Positions 62,041 through 64,000 of a stretch of 64,000 bases of DNA are shown piece after piece. Below the pieces are notes generated by a model, which made no database searches, was not told the origin of the DNA, and saw only the letters and a program-made list of their open reading frames with translations. Location: assembly GCF_040401135.1 (NCBI RefSeq), contig NZ_JBBAOV010000005.1, positions 12,800 to 76,799 on the forward strand, given 5' to 3'. Source of the DNA: Limnohabitans sp. Its GTDB lineage: Bacteria; Pseudomonadota; Gammaproteobacteria; Burkholderiales; Burkholderiaceae_C. The position numbers and the translations under genes were made by a program. Numbering within the stretch: position 1 is the stretch's first letter; every line of letters starts with the position of its first letter.

Positions 62041-64000
62041 CTAAACCTGCAACATCCCTTGATGACGCAATAAAGCATCCAGCAGAGGCTCGCGTCCACG
62101 AAAGGCTTTGAACGATTCCATCGCAGGTCGGCTGCCGCCGACTTCCAAAATGGTTTCGCGGTAGCGGCGGCCTGTGTCGATGCTGGGTTCACCATCGGCG
62201 CCTGCAGTTTCTTCAAACGCAGCGTAGGCATCGGCGCTCAGCACCTCGGCCCATTTGTAGCTGTAGTAGCCGGCCGCATAGCCGCCGGCAAAGATGTGAC
62301 TGAAGGTGTGCAGCGTGCGGCCCCATGCGGGGCTTTGCAGCACGGCCACTTCGGCGCGCACATCGCGTAGCACTTGCATGAAGTCTTGCGCTTTTTCACC
62401 GTCAGAGTGCAGCAGCATGTCCACGAGCGAAAACTCAATTTGACGCAGCGTTTGCAAACCGCTTTGGAAGTTTTTAGCGGCCAGCATTTTGTCGAACAAC
62501 TCACGAGGTAAAGGCTCGCCTGTGTCCACATGCGCGGTCATGTGGCGCAACACGCTCCACTCCCAGCAGAAGTTTTCCATGAACTGGCTGGGCAGTTCAA
62601 CCGCGTCCCACTCCACGCCGCTGATGCCAGACACATCGCGCTCGTTCACTTGTGTGAGCATGTGGTGCAAGCCGTGGCCGCATTCGTGGAAGAGGGTGAT
62701 CACGTCATCGTGTGTCAGCAGCGGTGGCTTGCCACCCACGCCTTCGGCGAAGTTGCACACAAGGTGCGCCACGGGAGTTTGCAATGCGCCTGTGTCGGGG
62801 CGTAACCAACGGGCACGCACATCGTCCATCCATGCGCCGCCGCGCTTGCCTGCGCGTGCGCCGGGGTCGAGGTAGAACTGGCCGACCAACTCTGGCGGCA
62901 AGCCGCGGGCGCGTGTTGTTTCCGAATGCCGTTCAATGCGATAGAACTCCACAGCGGGGTGCCACACCGGCGCATCGTCGCGACGAATGCTCACCTCAAA
63001 CAAGGTTTCCACAATCTTAAACAAGCCAGCCAATACCTTGGGGGCAGTGAAATACGGTTTAACTTCTTGTTCGCTGAAGGCGTAACGCGCTTCTTTGAGC
63101 TTCTCACCGATGTAGGGCCAGTCCCACGGTTGTGGGTCTTTCAAGTTCAAGTGCTCGGATGCAAAGGTGCGCATTTCAGCCACGTCTTTTTCGGCGTATG
63201 GGCGTGCACGCTTGGCGAGGTCACGCAAGAAAGTCATCACCTCGGTGGGTGACTGTGCCATCTTGGCTGCTAGCGATACCTCGGCGTAGTTGGCGTAGCC
63301 TAAAAGCTGCGCCTCTTCTTGGCGCAGCGCCAAAATCTCTTTCACCCAAGGGGTGTTGTCTTGTTCGGCTTTGCCAGCCTGCACAGCCGCTGATTGATCA
63401 GAGGCACGTGTGGCATAGGCCCGGTACAGTTTTTCGCGCAGCGCCGAGCTGTGGGCAAATTGCATGATGGGCAAGTAGCACGGCATTTTTAAATTCAGCT
63501 TATGTTGTGCAACACCGTCTTTGCCTATCGCACCATCTTTTTCGGCAGCTTCGCGTGTGGTTTGGACCACGTCGTCAGGTACACCGTCCAGGTCTTCGGT
63601 GGTGACAATGGCCGACCATTGGTCGGTGGCATCCAGTACGTTTTCGCTGAACTTTTGACCCACCTCGGCTTGGCGCTCTTGAATAGCAGCAAAGCGTTCT
63701 TTGGCTTCGCCCACCAGCTCTGAGCCCGACAACACAAAGTTGCGCATCGCCAAAGTATGGGCGTGTTTTTGTTCGGCATTCAAGCTTGCTACATCGATGG
63801 CTTTGTACTTGGCGTACAAGCGCTCGTCTGCGCCCAAGCGTGTGTAGAACTCGGTCACACGCGGCAGTGCTTCGGTGTAGGCGGCACGCAGTTCGGGTGT
63901 GTCGGCCACTGAATGCAAATGGCTCACTGCGCCCCATGCACGGCTGAGTTTTTCGGTGGACACATCAAGCACTGCTGAGATGGCTTTCCACTCGGCGGGG
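62041..64000 (-). CDS. prlC: Oligopeptidase A (M3 family); N-terminus beyond the window end
   Basis: The reading frame stays open through position 64000 (hand check: ...PAEWKAISAVLDVSTEKL). HECGH zinc motif (LFHECGHGLHH). C-terminal half is colinear with M3 peptidases. Confidence 0.93.
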   Translation of the reverse strand, partial: PAEWKAISAVLDVSTEKLSRAWGAVSHLHSVADTPELRAAYTEALPRVTEFYTRLGADERLYAKYKAIDVASLNAEQKHAHTLAMRNFVLSGSELVGEAKERFAAIQERQAEVGQKFSENVLDATDQWSAIVTTEDLDGVPDDVVQTTREAAEKDGAIGKDGVAQHKLNLKMPCYLPIMQFAHSSALREKLYRAYATRASDQSAAVQAGKAEQDNTPWVKEILALRQEEAQLLGYANYAEVSLAAKMAQSPTEVMTFLRDLAKRARPYAEKDVAEMRTFASEHLNLKDPQPWDWPYIGEKLKEARYAFSEQEVKPYFTAPKVLAGLFKIVETLFEVSIRRDDAPVWHPAVEFYRIERHSETTRARGLPPELVGQFYLDPGARAGKRGGAWMDDVRARWLRPDTGALQTPVAHLVCNFAEGVGGKPPLLTHDDVITLFHECGHGLHHMLTQVNERDVSGISGVEWDAVELPSQFMENFCWEWSVLRHMTAHVDTGEPLPRELFDKMLAAKNFQSGLQTLRQIEFSLVDMLLHSDGEKAQDFMQVLRDVRAEVAVLQSPAWGRTLHTFSHIFAGGYAAGYYSYKWAEVLSADAYAAFEETAGADGEPSIDTGRRYRETILEVGGSRPAMESFKAFRGREPLLDALLRHQGMLQV

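Overview
This is a dense, almost entirely housekeeping chromosomal segment with Burkholderiales-type (betaproteobacterial) gene order; only one intergenic gap exceeds about 250 bp.

Gene order, left to right:
- A dadA-like oxidoreductase (partial, minus strand).
- The translation/envelope supercluster rpsB-tsf-pyrH-frr-cdsA-dxr-rseP-bamA-skp-lpxD-fabZ-lpxA-lpxB-rnhB-trmH-like. uppS, which I expected between frr and cdsA, is absent.
- carA-carB-greA, a DUF4149 protein, yhbY (minus), and rlmE-ftsH-folP-glmM.
- A minus-strand GT-C/ArnT-like gene plus a MATE transporter, then rpmE2, an AEC transporter, xerD, a DUF455 protein, a gamma-CA-like protein and hslO.
- Minus-strand pyrG-kdsA-eno-ftsB, with a pnuC plus NadR-type kinase module joined to its end by overlapping stop/start codons.
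- coaBC-dut, a SlyD-like FKBP, a JmjC/RoxA-like cupin and a tiny Ala/Pro-rich lipoprotein.
- MBL hydrolase, bamC and dapA, then a methyltransferase, an MFS transporter and parE-parC.
- The only accessory-looking stretch, about 52.9-60.2 kb: a zinc-ribbon miniprotein; an amidase-MAPEG operon carrying two paralogous secreted Gly/Tyr/His-rich proteins; a DEDDh exonuclease fusion with an MFS transporter; a secreted single-HKD PLD/Nuc-type nuclease; a phasin; and an NlpC/P60 peptidase.
- pyrD, rpiA and prlC (partial).

By eye I found no rRNA, tRNA, CRISPR array, transposase, phage integrase or recognisable defence or toxin-antitoxin system.

The best candidate for something undescribed is the amidase / Gly-rich protein / MAPEG / Gly-His-rich protein operon at about 53.4-56.1 kb. 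The case rests on sequence patterns only and is modest.

At least ten gene junctions use overlapping stop/start codons (ATGA, GTGA, TGATG or TAATG), which indicates long translationally coupled operons.

Many ORF-track entries are antisense or alternate-frame shadow ORFs, or have over-extended N-termini. I trimmed starts by hand. No database search, GC calculation or codon statistics were run.
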